Under the pieces are notes generated by a model that made no database searches, was not told where the DNA came from, and was given only the letters and a program-made list of their open reading frames with translations. 63,081 nt of DNA from a virus. Of the stretch, positions 34,566 through 45,285 are shown piece by piece. Positions within the stretch are counted from its first letter, which is position 1; each line of letters opens with the position of its first letter. The position numbers and the translations under genes are program-made. The stretch covers positions 1-63,081 of IMG/VR virus record IMGVR_UViG_3300010373_000008; one strand, given 5' to 3'.

Positions 34566-37500
34566 ATGGCGCAGGAAGATATTTGGATTCAACAGGCTAA
34601 TGACGCTATTCGTCGTGGAGCCGATCCAGCAAAAGTAGAAGCTCTTCTTATGGAGAAGATGCGCTCTGCTGGTATGGACCCTAAAGCTCCTGCTACAGCT
34701 CCTGAGAAGAAGGCTGAAGATGGGAGATATGCTAAGTTCGATAACTCTAATCTAGATAAACTAAATGCAGTTCCGGCTCGATACGGTTCCGGTTCTGTAG
34801 ACATTGGAATGCTAGATACAGGTAGATACGATACTGAAGGTAATATGTACGACGAGGATGGTCGTATTATCTTTCAATCTCCTGAGAGTAAAGAACGTAA
34901 TAATGCAGAGCGCCGTGGCGCGCAGATGGATGCCTTGGATGCTGCCAAGTACGGAGCACAGGGAGTAGCTTCTCGTACGCTACGCGGCCTAGGATTAGAT
35001 GCGAAAGTACCAGAGGCTATCTTCTCTGAAGATCAAACAGCTCAGAAAGCAGGACAAGCAGCAGGCTCGCTAGCTGCTGCTCTTCCTGTTATCCTGAATC
35101 CGTACACAGCTACTGGTTTCGGTCTAACACAAGGATCCGCAGGCTATCAAGAAGCTAGAGATGCTGGAGCTACCAAGAGTGGAGCTGCATTAGCAGGAGC
35201 TACTGAAGCAGCTCTGTTTCCTTTACAGAGATTGGTACCCGGAGCTTTGGGAGGTAATCTTGCGACTAGAATACTTACCGGAGCCGGGCTAAACGTTGGA
35301 GCTGGTATAGGTACGGATGCTGTTATGAATGCGGTTACTCCGGATGCATTGAAGAGAGATCTACTAGATCCTTATAGTAGAATTCCCGATGCTATCTTAG
35401 GCGTAGCTGCTGGCGCAGCATCTAGAGGTGCTCGTTCCCGCCCAGCAGTTCGTACTGGAGATCCTGCCATAGATGCAGGAATCAATCTAGTAGATGAGAT
35501 TTCAACTCGCACTCCTGTGCAGGGAGATCTTTTTGCGGATCAGCCAATAACTTCCAGGGATCTGTTTTCTGGTGATGAAGTCCCAGCCTCTCTTATGGAG
35601 CAGCGCCGTATTCGTCAGGAGCAAGCTCTACGAGGAGAAGAGGCACAGAGAACTGAGGCCGAGAATACTCAGCTAGAGAGGGATTATATCCTAGATCAGC
35701 AGGATCGTCTCAATGCCCAAGCGCAAGAAGGTATCGTATCAAGACAGGGAGATATTCCAGAACCCTTCATGGGACTGGCGGATACTATTCCCGCAGATGT
35801 TAATGCTCCTAATCCTCGCCAGATCTTTACTAGAGAAGGGGAGACTGTAGGAGTCAGGGATCAGCAGCCTAATTCAGCTATGGCAGATGCCATGCTGCAA
35901 GGATGGATTGATAGAGGTCAGTTGCGCAATGAGTCTACTCCAGTACCAGAGAGATCTCCTGAAGTATTTGAACCTAGCAGAACTCCAACAGTAGATCAAA
36001 CACCTGTACAACCGTCACTGGATCTAGTAGCGCAGCCTGATTTGTTTGGCAACGAGCAGATTGGCAAACCTCTAGAAACAGTTATACGTAATCCAGAAGT
36101 AGCTTACAAAGCTACTAAAGATCTAGACGTGGCTAAATCTCGTGAAGATCTCATCAGTGCAATCAAATCTGGAGGACAGCCTTTGTTCGCAGAGGCATTG
36201 CCCGATGGTAAGATTGTATCTAAAGGAGCACCTGCACACCTTCTAGATGCTTTGCGTAATGATACCCTAACAGTACGTCAGGTATTTGACGAAGCCTCCA
36301 AGAGCCTTCCTACTGATCCGGAAGCTAAGCAACATTCTGCTAATCTTATTAAGTATGCAGGTGCTTTGGCTGACAGGATGGGAGGTAAGGATACAGGGTT
36401 CACTGTATTAGATTCCAACAAACCCGCACATGCTCAAGTTCTATCTAGATCCGGATTACGAGAAGATCAGTTTGATGCCTTCTTTGATCCAGTTACTAAT
36501 AAGATCTATATCAAACCCTCAACTTCTGGATTCAATACTCTAGTCCACGAAGCTGTCCATGCTGTTACATCTAAGATGCTATACATGGGAGATCAGGGGG
36601 ATCTTAAAGGACCTGCACAAACGGCTTATGTAAATCTACGTAGCACTTTTGAAGATCTACTGAAACCTGAACTAACAGCTCGTGCTTCTGAATTACCTAA
36701 GGGAATGCAGCGTAGACTTAGTGAGTATGGATTAACCAATCTTGATGAATTCTATTCAGAGTTCTTTAGCAATGGTGTATTCCGTAATTCATTGAAAGCC
36801 ATGAAAGTTACTCCTGAATGGACTTCTAAATTAAGTCCTATTCTAAGAGCGGCTGTAGGTAAAGCTAAGAATCTATATGATGTAGTCGTTAGTAACTTCT
36901 CTAAGATGATGGCTAAGGCAGGACTACGTAGTCAATCTGATCTTGGGCTAGCTAAGAATGCGGAATCTGCATACGAGCTAATGTTTGCAAGGATGGATAA
37001 GCTACATAATTCTATCGAAGATTCAGATGCTCAGTCCAGTAGAGAAATTAATGCTCGCAATACAACTCCTGAGATCGATACCAGTTTCCTAGGAGAGCAG
37101 GTACCTGGCCGTGATGTACTACCTTCAGATAAGTCTGAAGAACCACAGGCTCCTCGTTCTAGGTTACGTGCGGGTCTTAGGCAGGCATTTGCCACTAAAG
37201 GAATTGAACCTAAAGTCTACGACGCTCGACAGCTAGCTTCTGGAGAACAAGCTGCTGGTGCCTACAGGGCTAGTACAATCTCCAATGCGCTATCTTCTGG
37301 TCTAGATAAATCTCCAGAGTTACGTGATACTGTTCTAAATGTAATGCAAGGAAAGGAAGATCCTAGAACATTCCTGTCTTCTATAAAAGAAACTAATCCA
37401 CAGCTTCACGGGGCGGTAAGGGATTTCTTGAATGATAGACATGCCAATGCTCTAGAGTATGCTAGAACTATCGCATCTAATCCTAATGCATCTGCTGAGC

Positions 37501-40214
37501 AATTGGCATTTGCGGCCAAGGCATTGAAAAATAGTAACACCTATATCCATCGTGCCTATGAAGCTAACACTGATCCTCCTAAGAAGGGAGTAATCAAGTG
37601 GATGCAGGGCGGGTACATGGATCGTAAGTTACAGATGGCGAATTCGGCAGAGGCCAAACTAGGAAAGAACGAGAGAACTAATCTACCATTAACTGAGGAT
37701 CAGAAATCTAGATTAAAACCCGAAGAGGTTAAGAACCTAGAACAGCTACGCGCTATGAGGGGTTGGGTTAGTAATTGGCTTAAGCCTACTCCTGAAGCTC
37801 TTAATAAGATGTCTGTAGAAGATGCCGGTGAATTGTATAGGATGCATACTGGACTAGATCCAGCAGAGATCACTAGAGATATACCTAGTAATGCTGCTAA
37901 GAAAGATGCACTGATCACAGGCTATCAAGATGCGCTGTCTAAGAACTCCGACTTTAATCAGTTTGTAGATAATACCATCAAGCAGTTATCAGGACTATCT
38001 CCAGATAAGGTAGGAGCTGTAATCAAGTATACCCAGAACATGAGACTTGGTTCTGATGTATTCTCCCAGAGATCCAATGTTCCTCCTGCGCTTAGAGCTT
38101 GGTGGGGAGAGATTAAAGATCCAGTTGCGCAAGCTGTACAGACTCTATCCACGCAGACAGCTCAGATCTCTCAACTAAAAGGTCTAACTAAACTACGTGA
38201 TGATGGATTAGGAACTATCTTTACAGAGGATGCAGGAAGTAAGACTCATACGGAGATTCTATCTGGAGATAAGATGGGACCTCTTAAAGGACTACGTACT
38301 ACTCCAGACGTTAAGAAGAGTTTGGATTCCATCTTGAAGATAGATCAGAGTGCTGGCGATATTCTTGATGCTCTAGTAGCAGAGGGAAAGGATTATGAAT
38401 TAGCTAGGTACGTAGGAAGTGCTCCTCTGATATTAGCGTCTAAGCTAAGCTCAGCTAAGAAGATGTCAACGATCGTGTTTAATCAAGGTCGATGGGCTAT
38501 GAACTTCTTGGGATCCTTTGGACAGACTGTATCTAATGGTAATCTAAATCTGCCTTCATGGAAGAGAGGGGCAGAGGCTACTCTGGCAGCAATTAATTCT
38601 TCTGGAAGAAAGGTACTTAATCCTGATGTAGAGACTCTGTTTCGTAACAACATCTGGGAACCTACTCAGATTTCAGAGATCTACTCCGGAGCAGGTACCG
38701 AGCACGTTCGTAACATGCTAAAGAAAGCTGCTGGTTCTACATCTATCAAAGACATGGTTAAGTCTGGTATAGATAAAGGAATGGCAATCGCTAAGGAAGG
38801 GTACAGTTCTACTGATCTATGGACTAAGGCAGCTAACTTCTTTCATGATGTAGATGTATGGACTGAGCATTTCAAGACTCGTGATCCTAGTATGACTAAA
38901 GAGCAGATCGAAAGATTTGTTGCTGAACGTACCAACAATACCAACATCACTCCATCCAGAGCACCTACTGTTCTTAAGTCAGTAGAGAGACTAGGAGGTA
39001 CTCAGTATCTTCCTTATCAATACGAAACTTTCAGGACTACCATCAACAATCTAACTACTGGACTTAGCGACGCTAAGGAAGGAGCTAAGACTGGAGATAT
39101 GAGGCTCATGAGGAATGGTATTCAGAGGTTAATGGGGGCAGGTCCTGCTATGCTTTATTCGCAGACTGCTTTCCACGCAGGCTTGGCAGCAAGTTTGTCA
39201 GCTCTAGGTTATGCTGTATCTACACTAGATCCTGACGACGAAAGGCGCAAGCACTTAGATCTGGATCCTAGTCATTTAGGCTCTGAGGTAGTAGTTCTTA
39301 CAGACGATAAAGGAAAGGAATGGACCATTGATGTAGGACAGTTACCTCCTATGGATCCAGCCATGAGACCTACTAGTTCTGTTATAGATGCTGTTATGAA
39401 GTTAGGGCAGGGAGATACCAAGGGTGCAGAGAAGTCTATCACTGATGCTGGAAAGCAGATGTGGGGATTAGTATCCTCTAACTCTATGTATCGTAATCTA
39501 CTCAAAACTGTTACCGGTAAGGATCCTAGTACTGCTCGTAGCAATCCTGACATGTATGACGCAGCTCAGAAAGCAGGACAAGAACTTGGTATTGATAAGG
39601 AAAATATCAATAGGATCATGAATCTAACTGAGATCTTTGTACCTAAAGGAGCTGCTGAAACAGCTAGAGCCATTAACTCCAAGACTGATCAGTCAATCAA
39701 GAATCTTATTGGGGGCGGTCTAGGTGTCAGAGAGTTAAGTCCTTTGAAAGACCTTAATGCTTACTTCGGATATGAGCGTAAAGAGAAACTGCAAGAAGCT
39801 AAGCAAGCATATGCAGATATGCTCAAGCAGAACTTCCCAGTTGCTCCTGAAGCTGTGGAGAAGAAGTTTGTTAGTGGACTGAAGGATGCCGCTAAACCTT
39901 ATGCCGAGTTACAGCAGGCAGTAAGAGCAGCTAAAGAGCAAGGAGTTCAGCGTAAAGATCTGACTTCTGTTCTTAAGGGGATGGGTTTAAGTGAGGATAT
40001 GCAGACTGCTATCCTGCGAGGACGTAAGTTCCCGGTATCTTTTATGATCACGGAGTTAGAGAAAGATCTAGAACAGCGTATGCTCAAGAACATTGACGAT
40101 CCCGCCAAGAAGACTGAACTACGTAAGCTATACCGCGATAACACACGTCTGATTAATAGACTGTACAAGAAGTACCGCAATGTAGACATAGAGGAATTAG
40201 TTAATGGCAAGTAA
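34566..40214 (+). CDS. Giant internal-virion/ejection protein candidate with a zincin HExxH motif
   Basis: 1882 aa. Single motif: IYIKPSTSGFNTLVHEAVHAVTSK. Confidence 0.5.
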   Translation: MAQEDIWIQQANDAIRRGADPAKVEALLMEKMRSAGMDPKAPATAPEKKAEDGRYAKFDNSNLDKLNAVPARYGSGSVDIGMLDTGRYDTEGNMYDEDGRIIFQSPESKERNNAERRGAQMDALDAAKYGAQGVASRTLRGLGLDAKVPEAIFSEDQTAQKAGQAAGSLAAALPVILNPYTATGFGLTQGSAGYQEARDAGATKSGAALAGATEAALFPLQRLVPGALGGNLATRILTGAGLNVGAGIGTDAVMNAVTPDALKRDLLDPYSRIPDAILGVAAGAASRGARSRPAVRTGDPAIDAGINLVDEISTRTPVQGDLFADQPITSRDLFSGDEVPASLMEQRRIRQEQALRGEEAQRTEAENTQLERDYILDQQDRLNAQAQEGIVSRQGDIPEPFMGLADTIPADVNAPNPRQIFTREGETVGVRDQQPNSAMADAMLQGWIDRGQLRNESTPVPERSPEVFEPSRTPTVDQTPVQPSLDLVAQPDLFGNEQIGKPLETVIRNPEVAYKATKDLDVAKSREDLISAIKSGGQPLFAEALPDGKIVSKGAPAHLLDALRNDTLTVRQVFDEASKSLPTDPEAKQHSANLIKYAGALADRMGGKDTGFTVLDSNKPAHAQVLSRSGLREDQFDAFFDPVTNKIYIKPSTSGFNTLVHEAVHAVTSKMLYMGDQGDLKGPAQTAYVNLRSTFEDLLKPELTARASELPKGMQRRLSEYGLTNLDEFYSEFFSNGVFRNSLKAMKVTPEWTSKLSPILRAAVGKAKNLYDVVVSNFSKMMAKAGLRSQSDLGLAKNAESAYELMFARMDKLHNSIEDSDAQSSREINARNTTPEIDTSFLGEQVPGRDVLPSDKSEEPQAPRSRLRAGLRQAFATKGIEPKVYDARQLASGEQAAGAYRASTISNALSSGLDKSPELRDTVLNVMQGKEDPRTFLSSIKETNPQLHGAVRDFLNDRHANALEYARTIASNPNASAEQLAFAAKALKNSNTYIHRAYEANTDPPKKGVIKWMQGGYMDRKLQMANSAEAKLGKNERTNLPLTEDQKSRLKPEEVKNLEQLRAMRGWVSNWLKPTPEALNKMSVEDAGELYRMHTGLDPAEITRDIPSNAAKKDALITGYQDALSKNSDFNQFVDNTIKQLSGLSPDKVGAVIKYTQNMRLGSDVFSQRSNVPPALRAWWGEIKDPVAQAVQTLSTQTAQISQLKGLTKLRDDGLGTIFTEDAGSKTHTEILSGDKMGPLKGLRTTPDVKKSLDSILKIDQSAGDILDALVAEGKDYELARYVGSAPLILASKLSSAKKMSTIVFNQGRWAMNFLGSFGQTVSNGNLNLPSWKRGAEATLAAINSSGRKVLNPDVETLFRNNIWEPTQISEIYSGAGTEHVRNMLKKAAGSTSIKDMVKSGIDKGMAIAKEGYSSTDLWTKAANFFHDVDVWTEHFKTRDPSMTKEQIERFVAERTNNTNITPSRAPTVLKSVERLGGTQYLPYQYETFRTTINNLTTGLSDAKEGAKTGDMRLMRNGIQRLMGAGPAMLYSQTAFHAGLAASLSALGYAVSTLDPDDERRKHLDLDPSHLGSEVVVLTDDKGKEWTIDVGQLPPMDPAMRPTSSVIDAVMKLGQGDTKGAEKSITDAGKQMWGLVSSNSMYRNLLKTVTGKDPSTARSNPDMYDAAQKAGQELGIDKENINRIMNLTEIFVPKGAAETARAINSKTDQSIKNLIGGGLGVRELSPLKDLNAYFGYERKEKLQEAKQAYADMLKQNFPVAPEAVEKKFVSGLKDAAKPYAELQQAVRAAKEQGVQRKDLTSVLKGMGLSEDMQTAILRGRKFPVSFMITELEKDLEQRMLKNIDDPAKKTELRKLYRDNTRLINRLYKKYRNVDIEELVNGK

Positions 40215-40725
40215 CTCAGTAGGTACACCGCAATCCTCTTTGTATCATCTACGTCAAGGAGCGCGTCCCGATAACCGGGACCGCTCTGCGGAACAGAACT
40301 CCACGAATTCAGGTAACCCTATGATGCCCATGTTCAATACTGCACCAAATGCACAGTACTCACAATTCTATGGAGGCCAGGATCCTAATCTAGGCAGGTA
40401 CACTCCTCCTACGATTAACAATCCTAGCAACATGAGTGGTGCTCCTCAGTGGAATAACAACCCTGGAGGCTATGCTTATAATCTTCCGAATGCTTACGGA
40501 GGTTATCAGGGGTTAGGTAACTCATGGCTTCAGAATTACCTAGGTCAAGGAGGTCCTCAGATGATGCCAGCTCCTCAGCCTGAGAATCTTATCAGGAACA
40601 ATCAGCAACAGCCTCCTCAGCAGCCAGCTCCAGAGATGTCTAATCCTGTAGGTGCCGTTGCTCCTCAATTCAATCCTAACATAAGGGCTGGGGGTTATAT
40701 CTTCGATCCCCGTACTAGGGGTTAA
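40204..40725 (+). CDS. Pro/Gln/Asn-rich low-complexity protein
   Basis: 173 aa. Confidence 0.5.
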   Translation: MASNSVGTPQSSLYHLRQGARPDNRDRSAEQNSTNSGNPMMPMFNTAPNAQYSQFYGGQDPNLGRYTPPTINNPSNMSGAPQWNNNPGGYAYNLPNAYGGYQGLGNSWLQNYLGQGGPQMMPAPQPENLIRNNQQQPPQQPAPEMSNPVGAVAPQFNPNIRAGGYIFDPRTRG

Positions 40726-40727
40726 CT

Positions 40728-41495
40728 ATGGCAGATCAGAGATGGACTGAAACAGGCCCTCGTCCTTTGTGGCAACGAGGAGTTGATCTAGCTATCCCCG
40801 GATCTACTAGAGACTATCGTTCTCTGTTCGGGGGTAATAGGACTGCTGCGGAAAGAGCTATTGCTGCCGCTAGGATAGCCTCTAGTGCAACAGGAGTAGG
40901 AGGTATGCTAGCCAAGCTAGGTATTAAACTAGCTGACAAATACGTACAATCCATGCCCTCCACTATCTGGAGGCAGTTGACAGAAAGCGATAAAGCTATC
41001 CTGAAAGATTATGGGGTAACTGACGCGGATTCACTTACTGAATATTTGAATTCATATAATCCAGACGCATTAGGAACAGTTACAAATAATTCATCTGGTC
41101 TAGGGCTTAACATGCCGGGACAAAATTTCGGCTTGAATAGTCCTATCATGCCTCAGATGGATAGAGGTCCGGCTATGAATCCTACTGTTTCTGTGGGGGA
41201 TATTCAGCAGTACAGTCCTGCTCCAGTAGTCGCTCCTCAAGTGCAACAGCCAACAGCATCTAATCCATATAGTTACTACGGAGATGAAGTTAACTCAGGA
41301 CCTCCAGTTCCTAATATCTCAGGACCTAGAGGTTCCGGCGGTACATTCTCTACGGGATCAGGAGTGGGAGGATTTGGAACCGGCAGTGCGGCTACTATAA
41401 CTAATGCAGGACAATGGAGAGGTTATGGTGGTAATGGCGGAGTACCTCAAGGATTGAATAATCTAGAAGTTCCTATGGGATACTGGGCACGATGA
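40728..41495 (+). CDS. Hypothetical Gly/Ser/Pro-rich protein
   Basis: 255 aa. Confidence 0.5.
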   Translation: MADQRWTETGPRPLWQRGVDLAIPGSTRDYRSLFGGNRTAAERAIAAARIASSATGVGGMLAKLGIKLADKYVQSMPSTIWRQLTESDKAILKDYGVTDADSLTEYLNSYNPDALGTVTNNSSGLGLNMPGQNFGLNSPIMPQMDRGPAMNPTVSVGDIQQYSPAPVVAPQVQQPTASNPYSYYGDEVNSGPPVPNISGPRGSGGTFSTGSGVGGFGTGSAATITNAGQWRGYGGNGGVPQGLNNLEVPMGYWAR

Positions 41496-41758
41496 CGCCC
41501 GAGTATCTCGAACGTCTAGTGAGAGTAGAATCTAGACTGACTCTACAGGACCTACATAATGATCGCATAGAGAAAGTACAGAGAGATACAGCTTCTCGTG
41601 TAGAAGATGTTAACTCTAAGCTCGATGATATCTTACTAGGACTGGAACGTAACAAAGGATTCATCGGAGGTGTTCTATTCGTCACCTCTGCTATATGGTT
41701 ATTCCTAAAAGCGGGATTACCTTATATCATGAAACTACTAGGTAAGGAGTATAACTAA
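41492..41758 (+). CDS. Small protein with a C-terminal transmembrane helix
   Basis: GFIGGVLFVTSAIWLFLKAGLPYI. Confidence 0.5.
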   Translation: MTPEYLERLVRVESRLTLQDLHNDRIEKVQRDTASRVEDVNSKLDDILLGLERNKGFIGGVLFVTSAIWLFLKAGLPYIMKLLGKEYN

Positions 41759-42711
41759 TGGCTGGTGGTCTTGATCAATGCCCCCCTGTTATCAACTTGG
41801 TCAAGAGCCAGCCTGATGTAGAGAGGCAGTACATCAATAATGCTTTACGTGCATTGGCTAGATGTATCGGAGCTGGACTTAACATCCCAGATCCTACCGG
41901 ACATGCTGGAGAATATCTCAGTACTGATGGCACTACTATCTTCTGGGCTACTATATCCGGATCAGGAACTGTAACATCTGTCAACGCTAGTGGAGGATCT
42001 ACAGGACTTACCTTCTCCGGGGGTCCTGTAACTACTTCAGGAACTCTCACGCTTGCTGGTACTCTGGCAGTAACTAATGGAGGCACAGGGGCTACTACAG
42101 CTAATGCTGCTCTCAACAACTTACTGCCTAGTCAAGTGGGTAACTCTACTAAAGTACTAACTACTGATGGAAGTAATGCTAGCTGGCAGGCATCTTCTGG
42201 AGGTATAACTTCTGTAGTAGAAGGTACTGGTATTCAGATCGATGCCGCAGATCCTAGTAATCCTATTATCAACAACAGTGGCTTACTATCAATCTTCGGT
42301 GTTAATGTAGATAATACTAATCCTCAAGATCCTGAGATCCTCCCTGCTGATGGATCTGTAAATTTTAGCATAGGTAATCCTCCGTTAACAGTGGGAGCTA
42401 TCATAGCTACTGGAACATACTTCTTCCAGCTACCAGCTAATTATGTATTTACAGATTGGCAACTATATGTTTATCCAGCAGCTACTACTTCTGTAGATGT
42501 TAGGTATCAAGTATTCCCTACATTACCAACCGCTGGCAACAGCATTACATCAGGGATTCCCCCCAGCACGGTAGCTGCGACTTCTAATACTGGATCAACT
42601 TCAGGTTGGTCTACAGTTAATGTGTCTAGGGGAAACTGGATTGCCTTCTCGGTTACAGCTAACAACGTAGCAACATTCATAAGTCTTTCAGTTAAAGGAG
42701 GAAAGCACTAG
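41758..42711 (+). CDS. Tail fibre protein
   Basis: GTVTSVNASGGSTGLTFSGGPVTTSGTLTLAGTLAVTNGGTGATTANAALNNLLPSQ, a common tail-fibre N-terminal repeat. Confidence 0.6.
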   Translation: MAGGLDQCPPVINLVKSQPDVERQYINNALRALARCIGAGLNIPDPTGHAGEYLSTDGTTIFWATISGSGTVTSVNASGGSTGLTFSGGPVTTSGTLTLAGTLAVTNGGTGATTANAALNNLLPSQVGNSTKVLTTDGSNASWQASSGGITSVVEGTGIQIDAADPSNPIINNSGLLSIFGVNVDNTNPQDPEILPADGSVNFSIGNPPLTVGAIIATGTYFFQLPANYVFTDWQLYVYPAATTSVDVRYQVFPTLPTAGNSITSGIPPSTVAATSNTGSTSGWSTVNVSRGNWIAFSVTANNVATFISLSVKGGKH

Positions 42712-43697
42712 TGGCAACTTATTACATTACCAGCGCAGATGTTGGTGCGCCTGCTCTAACAGGACAAAATGGATCCGGAGTAGCTGTGGTCACCTACATA
42801 GCTGGTATTGCCGGACTGTCCGTGGCATACACCGGAACCAATCGTTGCATTATCATAATGCCTAATGGAGATCCCATTAGGTTCCACCATGACAGTGCTG
42901 CGTCAGGTGATGCTAGGCTGATGATTGTTAGGGCCGCAGAGTCAGCAACAGGAATAGATACTTTAGTGGATCCTTTTCCATTAGTGTCTCAAGTACCAGA
43001 TTCTCAGTGTAATTGGTTAATGTCATCCACAGCCTCTGCTGTGGCTAGGTCTTGGTGGGCACTTGTAGACACTACACACGGTTTCTTTTGGTTTGTTGTA
43101 GATATCATCAATACTGCCGGAACTGTAGCTGGCTTTGTGGGTGGAGGAGGTATGTATTTCGGGGGACAGTCTTTATTAGCAGCAGATTCTTATTGCTCTT
43201 TTATAACTACAAAACTAGATGCTACTAATAACGCCTCAGGAGCTGCTTTCAATTGGGCCGGTCTCCCAAATCAGAGCGCGAAGTTGTTCTGGAAAAGAAC
43301 AAGAGATGGAACTATAAAAAGTCCACGAGGATTTGTAGGTCCTTATGGAAATGCAACAACACTAAGTGTTACTTCAGGTCCTTTCTATCCAGATCCCGAC
43401 GATGGTAAATACAGGAGAGAGAGGATGTTCGTGGGTGACACCTATAGTCAGGGCACATTTGCTGGAATTAGTCCTGAAGTAAAAAGAGCTTGGGTTCCCC
43501 ACATGTGGTTCCCTCAACATGCCATTAATGGATATTCAGGCATCAATGTAGGAGACACATTTACTGATGGAGCATATGATATGCAGATAGGAGCTTCAGC
43601 AACATTCTGTCATTTTCCGTTGAACAGTGCTGCTGGGGCAGTCGGAGCTATGTGTGTTGAAGTTACTGACACATGGTCAGCTCCGAGTTTAATCTAA
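42711..43697 (+). CDS. Tail-associated hypothetical protein
   Basis: 328 aa, GTG start. Confidence 0.5.
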   Translation: MATYYITSADVGAPALTGQNGSGVAVVTYIAGIAGLSVAYTGTNRCIIIMPNGDPIRFHHDSAASGDARLMIVRAAESATGIDTLVDPFPLVSQVPDSQCNWLMSSTASAVARSWWALVDTTHGFFWFVVDIINTAGTVAGFVGGGGMYFGGQSLLAADSYCSFITTKLDATNNASGAAFNWAGLPNQSAKLFWKRTRDGTIKSPRGFVGPYGNATTLSVTSGPFYPDPDDGKYRRERMFVGDTYSQGTFAGISPEVKRAWVPHMWFPQHAINGYSGINVGDTFTDGAYDMQIGASATFCHFPLNSAAGAVGAMCVEVTDTWSAPSLI

Positions 43698-44041
43698 TGC
43701 CTATAGCACGCGGTAATATCGGAAGATCCTTTCCTGTATCTAATGGTTCTAAATCTTTCGGACAGTTCACTCATAATAAACAGCCGACATATGTGCACGT
43801 CGATTTGTCAGGAGTAACTCCTTTCAATGTGGTTAATCTATTCACAATCAAAGGCACATTCGTAGATAGGACCAATGCTACTTCAGGAGGCATGGCTTAC
43901 TTCTATGACTTAGATGATGGTGGTTATAATGCTTATGAGGTAGGTACAGGAAACGCTTGGTCAATTACTGTGGCTGGTGCAGTAGTGACTGTTGTACGAA
44001 TCTCCAGCACAGGTGTATCAGTTACAATGTATGCAGCCTAA
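43697..44041 (+). CDS. Hypothetical protein
   Basis: ORF 43673..44041, with an ATG at 43697. Confidence 0.5.
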   Translation: MPIARGNIGRSFPVSNGSKSFGQFTHNKQPTYVHVDLSGVTPFNVVNLFTIKGTFVDRTNATSGGMAYFYDLDDGGYNAYEVGTGNAWSITVAGAVVTVVRISSTGVSVTMYAA

Positions 44042-44051
44042 AGGAATCTGA

Positions 44052-44933
44052 ATGAAATTAAAACTACTACTCTCTTCACTACTACTAGCATTACCACTAA
44101 CCGCAACAGCACAGCCTTTTCGATACTATTGGGTACAGCGAAATGCTACTGATACCGGCTTTGTTAATCGTAACTGTGGCACTGTTCCATCTGTAGATGC
44201 ACTTACCTATCGCAGGAATTTCGATGATACGTGCCAGTGGATGGTACTTGGTACGGGTCTAGTCAATAACAATGGCGTGCTCAGTGTAACTCTCAGTGCT
44301 GGCCCTACAGGGGCTACGGGAGCAACTGGCCCTATGGGACCCACAGGTCCTCAAGGTATTCAAGGCAACGCTGGTGGTGCAGGGGATGTAGGTCCCGCTG
44401 GGGCAGATGGTGCTACCGGCCCTCAGGGTGAGATAGGTCCTACAGGACCGACAGGCGCTGCTGGTAGCGACGGAGCTACAGGTCCCACTGGACCTGCTGG
44501 TCTTGATGGAGCACAAGGTGCTGTTGGAGCAAAGGGTGATGTAGGACCGCAAGGTCCCGCCGGTCCTGCTGCTTTTGGATATCCTACAACTCGCTCCGTT
44601 TCTCTAGCAACAGCTTATCAGTGCACTAATCCAGCTAAGCCCTGCTTCTTTACATTTACTGTAACTTCGACAGCCAGCTTAAGCTTGACTGCTGGTACTA
44701 CCAATGCTGCGGATATCCTTGTAGGATCCACGAGCGGAGTAGCTGGAGGTACAGGTACTGTCATTGCTAAGTATAGCAATAGCATTACTGGTACATTGAT
44801 TGTAGGATTAGGAATCAACACTAATGCAAATTCTAGCTATACAATAGCGGTACCTGTGGGTGGGTACGTTGCAGTACGTCAGACAACAGGAACGGTATCA
44901 ATCGTATCAGCATATGATCAAAGCTCTGGTTAA
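44052..44933 (+). CDS. Collagen-like repeat protein with an N-terminal signal-peptide-like segment
   Basis: N-terminus [22 protein letters not shown], then 30 uninterrupted G-X-Y triplets encoded at 44301..44570. Confidence 0.65.
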   Translation: MKLKLLLSSLLLALPLTATAQPFRYYWVQRNATDTGFVNRNCGTVPSVDALTYRRNFDDTCQWMVLGTGLVNNNGVLSVTLSAGPTGATGATGPMGPTGPQGIQGNAGGAGDVGPAGADGATGPQGEIGPTGPTGAAGSDGATGPTGPAGLDGAQGAVGAKGDVGPQGPAGPAAFGYPTTRSVSLATAYQCTNPAKPCFFTFTVTSTASLSLTAGTTNAADILVGSTSGVAGGTGTVIAKYSNSITGTLIVGLGINTNANSSYTIAVPVGGYVAVRQTTGTVSIVSAYDQSSG

Positions 44934-45285
44934 TCAGTACAAGATCTATATCTATATAGCTCTGGCTGCATTGCTTATTACTGGTTGGTTATTTGATAGA
45001 CATCATCAGTACAATAAAGGTGTAGCTCAGTGCCAGCTAAAGCAAGCTGAAGCACAGGCAGACTACTGGCAGGAACGCTCTAAGCGTTTAGCAGTTGAAG
45101 GGAAGGAAGCTCTTAAACAAGAGCAGTCGGTATCTAAAGTTATCAATGAAAGGACAGCTTCTAAAGCTGCTAAGGTGGAACGAAGTGTTGAACTGGAAAA
45201 GGTATCTAAGCGTACTGATTGCGGCTGGGATGATGACGAGCTGCGGCATCTTAACGAAACCATTCGTGAAGCCAACGGAACGTGA
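44914..45285 (+). CDS. i-spanin (Rz-like) candidate
   Basis: N-terminal TM helix [16 protein letters not shown] followed by a charged coiled coil. Confidence 0.5.
   Translation: MIKALVNQYKIYIYIALAALLITGWLFDRHHQYNKGVAQCQLKQAEAQADYWQERSKRLAVEGKEALKQEQSVSKVINERTASKAAKVERSVELEKVSKRTDCGWDDDELRHLNETIREANGT

Noticed and set aside
34566-40214. The 1882-aa protein as an N4-type virion RNA polymerase, which would fit the hairpin-promoter idea
   Set aside because: It is about half the size of known virion RNAPs. I could not find T7-like motifs (DxxxD, R-x3-K-x7-YG, HDS-type). Only an HExxH motif is visible. This needs profile or structure searches and is not claimed.
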